From the NCBI GenBank assembly GCA_002402375.1, contig DHFT01000030.1, positions 1-60,185 on the forward strand: a stretch of DNA of 60,185 bases, in the 5' to 3' direction. The notes beneath the pieces were generated by a model. That model worked only from the letters and a program-made list of their open reading frames with translations, did no database searches and was not told the DNA's origin. This stretch comes from Elusimicrobia bacterium UBA4817. GTDB lineage: Bacteria; Elusimicrobiota; UBA8919. The position numbers and the translations under genes are program-made. Positions 40,001 through 47,356 of the stretch are shown here, one piece after another (the stretch's first letter is position 1; each line of letters opens with the position of its first letter).

Positions 40001-41218
40001 TACAAGGTTTTGCAGGATGACATCACAAGGCCGGTTGCGTATCTGCCATTGACGGTGCCGGGAGCGGGAACAATTACTAATGGCGGAGTTGTGCCATCAA
40101 CATTCACATCGCCTTCATGGCCGACGCGTGTACTTGGCGATACCGTAACACTCTGCGGAAGCACGGTTGAAACGGTAAAGGTTTATGTCGGATTATTTGA
40201 TACCGCCGACGGTAGATTTACCGCCAGCGGACTGACATATGGAACTTCACAGTGGATTGATGAACCAATTAATGGACTATATGTTCACAATACATTCAGA
40301 GACCCTGTACTTGCCGCTAACAATGTAAATTATTTCGGGAATGATGTCCCTGCCGTCAACACATCAACAAATTCCGCTAACTCCGGAATAAAAGGCGGAA
40401 GGACAGACAACTCCGACAGTTATGCGGAAGGGCTTGAGGGCTATAACTCCGAAGGGAGAAGAGTAACCCATGATGTTTTGCTTTATTATGTGTGGAGAAG
40501 ATGCGGTGCCAACACCGGCGGGACTGTTGACCCGTTTTCGTGGATTGATGTTGACGGCACGGTGAATAGTGCGCCTTCCGGCGATCCGACCGGAACAACG
40601 ATTGACTCCGATACATATCAAATGATAAGAATAGAAAAAGTTGATGGCGCGCCGAGCGGCGCTTATGAAAGTCAGGTCGTATGCAGTTCTTACACTTCAA
40701 ATAGGGTTTCAATGGCGCCATATAATGTTGATGGCGACGGAAACGGCATCTGGGTTGCGGAAATTCCTGCACCGGCGGAACAATATATGATAGTAGGTTC
40801 AACTGCTGCTACTGCATATCTTTACTACCGTATATGGGCATGCAACGGCGACAACGACCCGCAGGCGTATTACAACGAAATACACGGCGGATGTCTAAAG
40901 ACAGATCTATATGGTTCGCACGGAATTACCGTTCCGTATCCGCCCGATCCTGAAAGCGAAGTTGAAAATCCATATGGCAAGACATATCAAGATGTATCAG
41001 GTACTGCAAAATGCAAATGCGGGCGGGTGCACGACAGGGATTACGGATGGGTTGACATAACAAGATACGGCGGGAGAGTGACATCGCCGCCGAGGGTTAT
41101 GATAAAATCAAAGGTCACCGTCGGCGGGGTGTCCAGAACTATTACAACATACCTGAAGGTTGACCCGACAACCAGAAGACCCACGAACATTATATCAACA
41201 CAGGTGGGAGCGGAGTAA
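34079..41218 (+). CDS. 2379-aa secreted protein: tandem PLD/Nuc-type domains, FN3/Ig repeats, two lamin-tail domains, pilin-like C-terminal strands
   Basis: signal peptide; HDKVIIRD..GSGN and HHKYFVID..GSVN; YYWRVKAKD FN3 motifs; HIVISE..EFIELYNPT x2; YYTTDGSDP. Confidence 0.85.
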   Translation: MKLSKRFWLAVLLITLSPYHLINRLYSAPWWNVYFTAGDGTIGSASALETYISDFMLKASSMCYVSNYSWSDTANNKVVLNINSLYSSGVDVKIVGDDAQGGTTNEPIHPDITGTIPMNDRTTAGSSQYMHDKVIIRDPNDSANAAVMMGSGNFNEGGWESQNNTFLFLYNQALTLNYLAEFNEMFKGTFAGGTQTTRVYTMPNGTEVRSFFGSEDQPWAATATTANGLISLLNASTESIFFEITDLYSYSGIQNPLEASCVNRAAAGVITEGVYQSIDTASTYDLTDWNDAANANVNNTGPFIRESSVTLYTKHHHKYFVIDMDWAGVGSVNASQSSAEDNPGSDENFILINDFRLAREFMKEFGRNYALTTPVGAADNTSVIEIHDWVAPAVPTVLSVTPAAASFAVSWTAPADPGNFSRYYIFISTNNTIATDKEQTTDAQGGHKNSILRPEAQVKGLASTSATLTTYNEGDALAAATDYYIGVVSVDKFGNESAALTGGPYQLSGVNNPPNNPASLQQYKSDGTTVIAVGAQTTETTVVLKGTVSDPDLNNVKLQVELRSSETAFSNSYTHESALVASGNTASVTITGLANGTTYHWQARAVDSVGAPSAAWVIFNGVDGNHFVVQTPPPLPSGGTNHIVISEIFVKTADDTALEFIELYNPTTYQIDLSGWVIDTDADTTADATIPAGKTIPANGFFLIADNGWTATKPASWPIADYETEEIGLNNTDAGVRLRSSAAGTIIDTFGYGVAASIAVGYEGTPSANDASTYVGYERYSQSAPPHDEQGGNGKDTNVNLNDFFVKTTTVSMNPQSSLSTTEPQPDTTAPTSVGLLIPANNSVDVTTTTTLTVNTASDPSAPVSYYIQLALDTGFTSGIQTRDWSTSTSWTGPAPTLANGTTYYWRVKAKDSPGNTSSYKGHILDTDGDGKFVTASAVVNNPPTAPTGGLPDDAVNWTNDPTPAFTWTFNDPDAGDSQSAYQLIGSGPGSYDSGKVSSTTPSHLQPSALADGTWSWQVMCWDVADSSSPWSASWTVKIDVAAPISIADLTASLSGGSIQLNWSAPTDTSGVKNYKIWRSTESLGANPVFLATDDATPGYIDASPIYGTTNYYIVRTVDNASNESADSNIASWYIGPAGHIVISEVAVGVGSAGEEYVELYNPTDGDINLQALPSSGGILKLKMTTDSTPTNGIEAKDLTWINTIIRAHGFFLLASSPAVNGISADATYGAGLVGADGVQITNGIDAVIDMVAWGTTQVTPGDIPNCTETQRISDALDLSSGDSIERKANASSTATTLKTGGVDELEGNGYDTDNNFNDFEVHTGFLNPQNTSSQREPAIANITLTPYNVNPSTAIVTQTFTYSVQYENLASGDVAPSVARVVIDGNPFNLTKQVGDPWNNGIYTYSTTLSTGTHTYYFDFADGIGNTGRAPETSPDVFNGPAVGPELERISAYNNPTSNPLDGGTTVSISLTKYIYAYLSSGSNGWSGYNATIYYTTSTSGGSAPGTWLFTKSKTMTNDGTNPNGYDVFWVELSSGVDYRAGAYFNYYIVANDATGTNQIIDDAGDGVDADLPDGQKWVDKGENAALDNCHYFKLGTEAAADGMYEPKIVKKTEPCITSDIDSFINDFSWIPGWRFINTEVDDGGPNNLTYNNEDVGISVSLSPEGIKSNCTFYYTTDGSDPAISGTRQQFNGGATQSNNSNWNKNNHDGISDIRAFFPSDLNAAGCTIWIYAVGHDGNGGGPYTQYFKYYVGSTPGTPSGDKDDAIVSGRGNNDGRYPTTDFNNYSPLRHSQNEIIKTGNTTRYLTPGTTDEFVLGSNFLTTSGHDGITDIFYSDQVKFYLRSAYQDIDDINGTMTPNVNEAYIVWLATTTDWATAPSARLAFDSFGDDNQSPHLLKYHWLVGENTGLEGYASNPSDCTKGAPEGSTVRYVFKVRDNQSTGAFKWLYKDPTTKKQRLTDTASTAQAAGSQFEYKVLQDDITRPVAYLPLTVPGAGTITNGGVVPSTFTSPSWPTRVLGDTVTLCGSTVETVKVYVGLFDTADGRFTASGLTYGTSQWIDEPINGLYVHNTFRDPVLAANNVNYFGNDVPAVNTSTNSANSGIKGGRTDNSDSYAEGLEGYNSEGRRVTHDVLLYYVWRRCGANTGGTVDPFSWIDVDGTVNSAPSGDPTGTTIDSDTYQMIRIEKVDGAPSGAYESQVVCSSYTSNRVSMAPYNVDGDGNGIWVAEIPAPAEQYMIVGSTAATAYLYYRIWACNGDNDPQAYYNEIHGGCLKTDLYGSHGITVPYPPDPESEVENPYGKTYQDVSGTAKCKCGRVHDRDYGWVDITRYGGRVTSPPRVMIKSKVTVGGVSRTITTYLKVDPTTRRPTNIISTQVGAE

Positions 41219-41288
41219 CAGCAATTAAAAATTAAAAATGTAAAATTAAAAATTGTAGGGCAGGGCTTTAGCCCTGCTAACTAAAAGT

Positions 41289-41323
41289 AAAGTAGACGGC
41301 ACTTAAGTGCCGTCTACTTTTTT
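41289..41323 (+). terminator. Terminator: perfect 32-bp palindrome plus T-run
   Basis: AAAGTAGACGGCACTTAAGTGCCGTCTACTTT TTT. Confidence 0.8.
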
Positions 41324-41394
41324 GTTTTTCCGTCGGTATTTTGCGTCAGTTCCGCGGTTGTTCAAAATAAAAAAATAAAAAAATAAAAAAATAC

Positions 41395-41423
41395 TTGACA
41401 AAATCCCGGAAATTATTTATAAT
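41395..41423 (+). promoter_or_regulatory. sigma70 promoter of pilMNOPQ
   Basis: TTGACA-17bp-TATAAT; ATG 9 nt later, no SD. Confidence 0.85.
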
Positions 41424-41432
41424 TATAACATT

Positions 41433-42593
41433 ATGAATTTACCGCCGCAAATTGCCCAACTTTCAGAAAAACTTAAAAACATAAAACTTCCTTTTTCCAA
41501 ACCGAAAGAGGTTATAGGAATTGACATCGGAAATTACTCGGTAAAAATTGTCCAGATGAAACTTTCCGGTGCGCAATGGTCGCTTGAAAAATTCGGCACG
41601 GCGATCGCCGCGAATCCCGACCAGGCGGAAACAACGCCCGCCGAAAAAAAACAATTAGCCGTTAACGCTATCAAAAAAATTATCAACGAGCAAAAAATAA
41701 CCGCAAAAGACGCCATAACATCCGTCAGCGGCAATTCCGTCATCGTCCGATATGTAAAATTTCCGAAACTCACCCAGGAGCAACTTTCAAAAACAATCCA
41801 GTTTGAAGCGGAACCGTTTATTCCTTTTCCGATTGCGGATGTAAATATAAGTTTTCAGATTTTGGGGGATATCACGGAAGACAGCGCTCAAAAAATGGAA
41901 ACGATTCTGGTTGCCGCAAAAAAAGAAATCATTCAGAATAAAATAGACATTCTGACGGAGGCGGGATTAAGACCGGTCATCGTGGATGTGGATTCTTTCG
42001 CGCTTGAAAATTCAATATCGGTCAACGCATCGGAGGAAGAAATTAAAAATGTCTACCTGGTGATAAATATCGGGGTGGCGACGACAAATATATCAATTAT
42101 TGAAAACGGGACATCCCGGGTCGTCCGCGATGTTTTTATCGCATCTTCTAGTTTCACGAAAGCGATTCAGAGAAACCTTCAGATTGATTGGAAACAATCG
42201 GAGGAGAAAAAATTGAAATTCGCAATTCTTGTAACGCCCGAAGAAAAAGAAAAGGCGTTATCCGACGGCAACGATGAAGCGTTACAACTTTCAACAATTT
42301 TAATCTCACCCGCGAGGGAACTGGTTTCCGAGTGTCAGCGGTCAATTGATTTCTATCAGACGCAGTCAACGGGAGAAAAAACAATAAACAAAATTTACCT
42401 GTGCGGCGGCGGCGGGTTACAGAAGGGACTTGACAAATACATTGAATCGCAGGTTCATATTCCCGTTGAAATATGTAATCCTTTTAAAAAAATAGCAAGC
42501 CCTGAAATACTTGCGACAGGCGATGACACAAAGTTTTCGCAGTATGCCGTTGCAGTGGGCTTGGCGACCAGAAAAAGGGGAGATGTGAAGTAA
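41433..42593 (+). CDS. pilM: Type IV pilus alignment protein PilM
   Basis: IGIDIG..SVK, actin-like fold, RSIDFY, LCGGG, AVGLA.R. Confidence 0.93.
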   Translation: MNLPPQIAQLSEKLKNIKLPFSKPKEVIGIDIGNYSVKIVQMKLSGAQWSLEKFGTAIAANPDQAETTPAEKKQLAVNAIKKIINEQKITAKDAITSVSGNSVIVRYVKFPKLTQEQLSKTIQFEAEPFIPFPIADVNISFQILGDITEDSAQKMETILVAAKKEIIQNKIDILTEAGLRPVIVDVDSFALENSISVNASEEEIKNVYLVINIGVATTNISIIENGTSRVVRDVFIASSSFTKAIQRNLQIDWKQSEEKKLKFAILVTPEEKEKALSDGNDEALQLSTILISPARELVSECQRSIDFYQTQSTGEKTINKIYLCGGGGLQKGLDKYIESQVHIPVEICNPFKKIASPEILATGDDTKFSQYAVAVGLATRKRGDVK

Positions 42594-42595
42594 AG

Positions 42596-42690
42596 TAATT
42601 AAAAGATTATGAAAGATTGAAAGATTCAAAGATTCAAAGATTCAAAGATTTTAATCTTTCTAATTTTTTAATTTTTCAATCTTTTAATTG
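42596..42690. repeat. (AAAGATTC)n inverted-repeat element
   Basis: matches reverse complement of 10163-10242. Confidence 0.8.
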
Positions 42691-42698
42691 ACTCTATT

Positions 42699-43262
42699 AT
42701 GACTAAAATAAATCTTTTACCAAAAGAAGCAATCGCGAAAGAGGAGCATCCGGAACTCGCGTTTCTTGCCGTAGGCGCGGTTGCTGTTATTGTTGTCGTT
42801 TTGGGTTACGGTTATACGTCAAAAATAGCCAAGCGGGCGGCGCTTAAAAAAGAAATCACAACGGTAGAAAAAGAACTTGCACAACTTCAGACGGTAATTG
42901 ACCAGATTGCACGGATAAAATCACAGCGGGATGCCGTCAACGCTAAAAAAACTGCACTTGAAGGACTTATAAAAACCCGGCTTCTGTATCCTATGCTTAT
43001 GGAAGATTTGGTAAAGACGCTGCCTAACGGAATGTGGCTTATGAATCTCAATACAAAAAGCGGAGACCCTACCACCGGGTTATCTTTCGGCGCCGTAGCA
43101 TATGATAATTACATTATAGCGGACTTGTTGCAGTCGCTTGAGGATTCCAAATTATTCCAGAAACCGGAGATAAGCGGAATTGTCTCAAGTGTCGGAGATA
43201 AAGGCGTTCAAACAAAACAGTTTTCAATAACGGTTGATTATGTAAATCGGGTGTGGAAGTAG
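42699..43262 (+). CDS. pilN: PilN
   Basis: INLLP motif, TM, coiled coil. Confidence 0.92.
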   Translation: MTKINLLPKEAIAKEEHPELAFLAVGAVAVIVVVLGYGYTSKIAKRAALKKEITTVEKELAQLQTVIDQIARIKSQRDAVNAKKTALEGLIKTRLLYPMLMEDLVKTLPNGMWLMNLNTKSGDPTTGLSFGAVAYDNYIIADLLQSLEDSKLFQKPEISGIVSSVGDKGVQTKQFSITVDYVNRVWK

Positions 43263-43373
43263 TCGCTCGCAAGCAAATTTTTTTGAGACGCTCGTCTGCC
43301 ACTCGCTCAGCAATTTGCTTCTGGAAAAAAAAAGTCGCAAATTGAGGCTCTTCAAAAATTTCTTGCTTCGCTC
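43261..43373 (+). repeat. ~113-nt structured intergenic element, copy 2
   Basis: GCAAGCAAATTTT...AAAATTTCTTGC ends; matches 11792-11904. Confidence 0.85.
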
Positions 43374-43393
43374 TTGGAATAAAATAGGAAACA

Positions 43394-43936
43394 ATGAGAA
43401 AATTAACTAATCAGGAAATGGGTGCTATCGCAATTCTGTTTGCAGCAGGATTGTGGGCATATTGGAAATATCTGTACAATCCTATTAAAGGCGAGATTGC
43501 CCGGATGGAACAGGATTTATCACAGAAACAGTCGCAACTTGAAACAACCCGCCAGGCGGCGCAGGAATTGGAAATTCTGGAAGCGGAGTTCAAGGTCATA
43601 GAAATGGAAGCGAAAGAAATGGAGAAAAAACTTCCTAAATCAAAGGACCTGCCGAAACTTATAAGAGACATTACAAAGACGCTGGAAAAACATAAAATAA
43701 CTGTCCAGAATTTTACGCCGTCAAAAGAATCGCCGAAAACATATTTTTCCGAAATTCCGATAGCATTACAGGTAAGCGGAAATTATCACAACCTTGCCAA
43801 TTTTCTTGCCGATATCGGACAGTACGAACGGGTCATCAATACATATGACGTTACTTTAACTCCAAAAACGGCTTCCAAAGAATCGCCGGATACTATTGCG
43901 GCATCATTGCGGCTTGTTACATATATGGGAAAATAG
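43394..43936 (+). CDS. pilO: PilO
   Basis: TM, coiled coil, LP...LP.L, E.PI...GNYHNL..F. Confidence 0.92.
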   Translation: MRKLTNQEMGAIAILFAAGLWAYWKYLYNPIKGEIARMEQDLSQKQSQLETTRQAAQELEILEAEFKVIEMEAKEMEKKLPKSKDLPKLIRDITKTLEKHKITVQNFTPSKESPKTYFSEIPIALQVSGNYHNLANFLADIGQYERVINTYDVTLTPKTASKESPDTIAASLRLVTYMGK

Positions 43937-43972
43937 AGGCAATTAAAAATTATCAATTAAAAATGAAAAATT

Positions 43973-44533
43973 ATGGATAAAAAAATTAAAACAATGAAAA
44001 ATTCAAAATTAAAAATGAAAAGTGTTGGTTTATTTTTTGTAATTTTTAATTTTACATTTTACATTTTTAATTGCCTTTTCATCGGGTGCGGGAAAAAAGA
44101 AACAAAACAAACGACTCAACAGGTTGCACCGCGGCCAAAACCCAAAATGCCGGAATATGTTCCGCCGGTGCCGGCGCCGAAATACACGTACAAGGGCGGA
44201 ATGTACCGCGATCCTTTGATACCGGGCGGAGGTTCATCCTCTTATTCATCTTCAAGTATGACGGGGGAGGGCGGCGAAACAATGACTAACGAAAAAATGG
44301 CTACCCTCCAACTCAAAGGAATTTTCAGGGATGAAAAAAGCGGAAGCATCGCGATAATTTCCGAATCGGCCGGCAGTTCTTATATTCTAAAAAACGGAAA
44401 ACTTTATGACAGAAGAAATAAACTTGTAAAAGGCGTGGCGGGGGTAGTCGGAAAAAAATCGGTCACGCTTTTCAGCAACGATACGAAAATAGAACTAAAA
44501 TTAAAAAAAGCCGGGGAGGAGAAAAGGCAATGA
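43973..44533 (+). CDS. pilP: PilP-like lipoprotein
   Basis: lipobox FIGC; Y....RDP; L.GI; position between pilO and pilQ. Confidence 0.75.
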   Translation: MDKKIKTMKNSKLKMKSVGLFFVIFNFTFYIFNCLFIGCGKKETKQTTQQVAPRPKPKMPEYVPPVPAPKYTYKGGMYRDPLIPGGGSSSYSSSSMTGEGGETMTNEKMATLQLKGIFRDEKSGSIAIISESAGSSYILKNGKLYDRRNKLVKGVAGVVGKKSVTLFSNDTKIELKLKKAGEEKRQ

Positions 44534-46521
44534 AAAATGAAAAATTAAAAAACTTGTCCCGAAATTGTTTCGGGATGAAAAATTATTGGCAATTGGTTTT
44601 ACTTACTCACTTACTCGCTTACTCGCTTACTCACTTATTTGCTGCTTCTCAACTGAAAGACATCACTGTAAAATCCGACGCTCAACAGGATACGATTTCC
44701 GTAATGGTTTCGTCAAAAACAAAATACAACATATTTCGCGTTGATAAACCGAACCGTATTGTCATTGATTTGACAAATTGCGAAGCGGAAAAAAAAGATT
44801 TTCTGCAGAAAACACAATTTATTTCAAACATAAGAACCGGACAATACCGGGATAAACCGGTAAAAAAGGCAAGAATCGTTGTTGATTTGCAGAAACAGGC
44901 ACGTTATTCGGCAAAATCCTCGGACAATGAAATAATCGTAAATCTAACGGAAAGAAAACAGACCGCTCAAATCCGGAAACCTGAAGTTAAAAAATCAACA
45001 GCAACGACGGTGGTATCTAAACAACCGACGAAAACAAAAACAACCTCTGCGAGCGCCGCAACGCCGGCAAAAGTTGAACCGAAAATTGAGTCATCCGCAA
45101 AAACTGTCGCAGCACCGCCTCCGACTACATCGCCGGTAAAAACGCCGGAAACTGTCAAATCAACGGAAACGGTAAAACCGGAAGCGACGGCGGTGAGCCG
45201 GAAATCGGAAGTAAAAACCGGACCGAAACCGAACATTCCGGATAAAAAACATCTGGCGACTGTGAAAGAAATAAAGGAAAAACAGTCCAAAGCCGGCAGT
45301 CCGAAATCCGAAGTTAAAAAACAAGAACCTAAAAAAGAGGAGAAAAAAACAACCGCAAAACAAGGGGACTTGCCGAAAGACCCGGTAACGCTTGACTTCA
45401 CCGATGCGGATATAAAGGATGTTTTACAGATATTGGCCGTCAAAACCGGAATGAATATAATTTACAGCGATGATGTAACAGGCACTCTCTCATTGCATCT
45501 GGAAAATGTCCCTTTTGACGAGGCGATGAATTTAATTCTTCAGATGAAAGGACTGGTCTTGCAGCAGGTCGCATCAAATGTTTTGCGGGTTATGACGCCT
45601 GCGACTTTAACGAAGGAACGGGCGGACTCCGTTCAGGTAACCCAGATTTTTCGTTTGAGTTATTCTAAAGCATCGGAAATGAGCGGTAAATTAACATCTA
45701 TTATGACCGCGGAAAGCCAAAAAGTTACAGTTCAAACCGACGAAAGGACAAATAGCGTCATCGTAACATCAACTCCCGAAGGACTTCTGGCGGCGGGCTC
45801 GCTGATAGCTAAACTTGATGTAAAACCGGAACAGGTTCTGATAGAAGCGAAAATCGTAGAAATCACCGTCGGCGATACGAAGGATTTGGGAATTGATTGG
45901 ACTTTCAGCAAAACAAAAACGGAAGGGGCTACCACAACTACCGAAGAAGCTATATCACTGACTCCTTCCCAATCAACTATCGGTTCATTTACATATGGTT
46001 ACTTAAAAAGCGACATTGAGTTAACCGCTAGGCTCGCGGCGGCGCAATCAAAAGGCAACGCAAAAATTCTTTCTCAACCGAGAATAGCGACGCTCAATAA
46101 CCTGGAGGCAAAAATCGTAGTCGGCGACCAGATACCCTACGCACAGACAACGGTAACAACCGCCGGTTCAACACAATCAACCTCGTTTATGACGGTTGGC
46201 ATTCAATTGACCGTAACGCCCACAATAAATGCCGACGGACGAATTACGATGAAAGTAAAACCCACGGTTTCATATGCGACAAGAATTACCGCCATAGGGC
46301 CTCAGGTTTCAACAAGAGAGGCGGAAACAACCGTTCTTGTTAAAAACGGGGAAACGATTGTTATCGGCGGAATGATTACCGACCAGGAAAGAAAGGATAT
46401 TTCACAGATTCCGTTATTGGGCGACCTGCCGGTTCTCGGACATTTCTTTAAGAGCCAGCACCATGATAAAACAAAAACGGAGCTTCTGGTATTCGTTACG
46501 CCTTACATAATGAAGGAATAA
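44530..46521 (+). CDS. pilQ: Type IV pilus secretin PilQ
   Basis: AMIN domain (RIVIDL), LDF.DADI, DERTNS, QVLIEAKIVE, IPLLGDLPVLG.FF. Confidence 0.95.
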   Translation: MKNEKLKNLSRNCFGMKNYWQLVLLTHLLAYSLTHLFAASQLKDITVKSDAQQDTISVMVSSKTKYNIFRVDKPNRIVIDLTNCEAEKKDFLQKTQFISNIRTGQYRDKPVKKARIVVDLQKQARYSAKSSDNEIIVNLTERKQTAQIRKPEVKKSTATTVVSKQPTKTKTTSASAATPAKVEPKIESSAKTVAAPPPTTSPVKTPETVKSTETVKPEATAVSRKSEVKTGPKPNIPDKKHLATVKEIKEKQSKAGSPKSEVKKQEPKKEEKKTTAKQGDLPKDPVTLDFTDADIKDVLQILAVKTGMNIIYSDDVTGTLSLHLENVPFDEAMNLILQMKGLVLQQVASNVLRVMTPATLTKERADSVQVTQIFRLSYSKASEMSGKLTSIMTAESQKVTVQTDERTNSVIVTSTPEGLLAAGSLIAKLDVKPEQVLIEAKIVEITVGDTKDLGIDWTFSKTKTEGATTTTEEAISLTPSQSTIGSFTYGYLKSDIELTARLAAAQSKGNAKILSQPRIATLNNLEAKIVVGDQIPYAQTTVTTAGSTQSTSFMTVGIQLTVTPTINADGRITMKVKPTVSYATRITAIGPQVSTREAETTVLVKNGETIVIGGMITDQERKDISQIPLLGDLPVLGHFFKSQHHDKTKTELLVFVTPYIMKE

Positions 46522-46540
46522 AAAAAGTAATAAAAAAATA

Positions 46541-46570
46541 CTTGACAAAATTGTAAAAATAGTTTATACT
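46541..46570 (+). promoter_or_regulatory. sigma70 promoter; left copy of a 28-bp direct repeat
   Basis: CTTGACAAAATTGTAAAAATAGTTTATA-CT. Confidence 0.85.
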
Positions 46571-46581
46571 AATAGCGATTT

Positions 46582-47325
46582 ATGATAAGAATAGGAAAAG
46601 TAGAGTTAGGCAAAATACCGAGAATCGCTGTGGCAGTAACTGATACGGAAGATGTCAAAGCAATCAATTCTTGTTATGTTGCTCTTTTGGAAATCAGAAT
46701 AGACCAGTTTAAAAAGTTAAACCCTGACTATATAAGAAATATTATCTTAAATAGAAAAAAAGCAGGACTTCCTTTAATCTTAACGGTTCGCAGTAAAGAA
46801 GAAGGCGGACAAAAAAATATTTCCGCTCCTTCCAAATTGAATATCTTCAGGGAAAATATTTCGTTGGTTGACGCCGTGGATATAGAGTTGAAGTCGCCTG
46901 TCCTTTCAGAAGTCGTCCGTCTTGCAAAAAAAAATAAAAAAACGGTTATTATTTCCTGGCATAATTTTATTTCCACTCCGAATGTTCAATTTTTAAACAA
47001 CATACTTGTCAAAGCGAAAAAAAACGGAGCCGATATAGTTAAAATAGCGGCAAAGGCGAACAAATCTGAGGACATCGTCAGGTTAGCGAAATGGACATCG
47101 GCAAATAAAAATAAAAATTTAATTACTATCTCTTTAGGAGCGCTCGGCGGTATGTCCCGTTTAATCTTTCCGAAATTCGGTTCATTAATTACATATTCAT
47201 ACATTACCAAGCCGTCGGGAACGAGACAAATACCTTTAGAGAAATTACAAGAACATCTGCGTTTATATTATCCAAAATATAATCAATCTTATATTAAAAA
47301 ATCCGGTAGTATAGAAAATGCTTGA
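46582..47325 (+). CDS. aroD: Type I 3-dehydroquinate dehydratase
   Basis: EIRID, TVRSKEEGG, VDIEL, SWHNF..TP, GADIVKIA. Confidence 0.88.
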   Translation: MIRIGKVELGKIPRIAVAVTDTEDVKAINSCYVALLEIRIDQFKKLNPDYIRNIILNRKKAGLPLILTVRSKEEGGQKNISAPSKLNIFRENISLVDAVDIELKSPVLSEVVRLAKKNKKTVIISWHNFISTPNVQFLNNILVKAKKNGADIVKIAAKANKSEDIVRLAKWTSANKNKNLITISLGALGGMSRLIFPKFGSLITYSYITKPSGTRQIPLEKLQEHLRLYYPKYNQSYIKKSGSIENA

Positions 47326-47350
47326 CAAAATTGTAAAAATAGTTTATAAT
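47321..47350 (+). promoter_or_regulatory. sigma70 promoter (leaderless); right copy of the 28-bp repeat
   Basis: TTGACA-17bp-TATAAT; ATG 6 nt later. Confidence 0.85.
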
Positions 47351-47356
47351 TAAAAC

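Noticed and set aside
34079-41218. DGR target or intein in the giant protein
   Set aside because: No reverse transcriptase, no adenine-variant template/variable repeat pair and no intein motifs seen
44530-47325. Conserved pilQ-aro synteny as in Gammaproteobacteria
   Set aside because: That linkage involves aroK/aroB; here it is aroD with signs of a separate insertion
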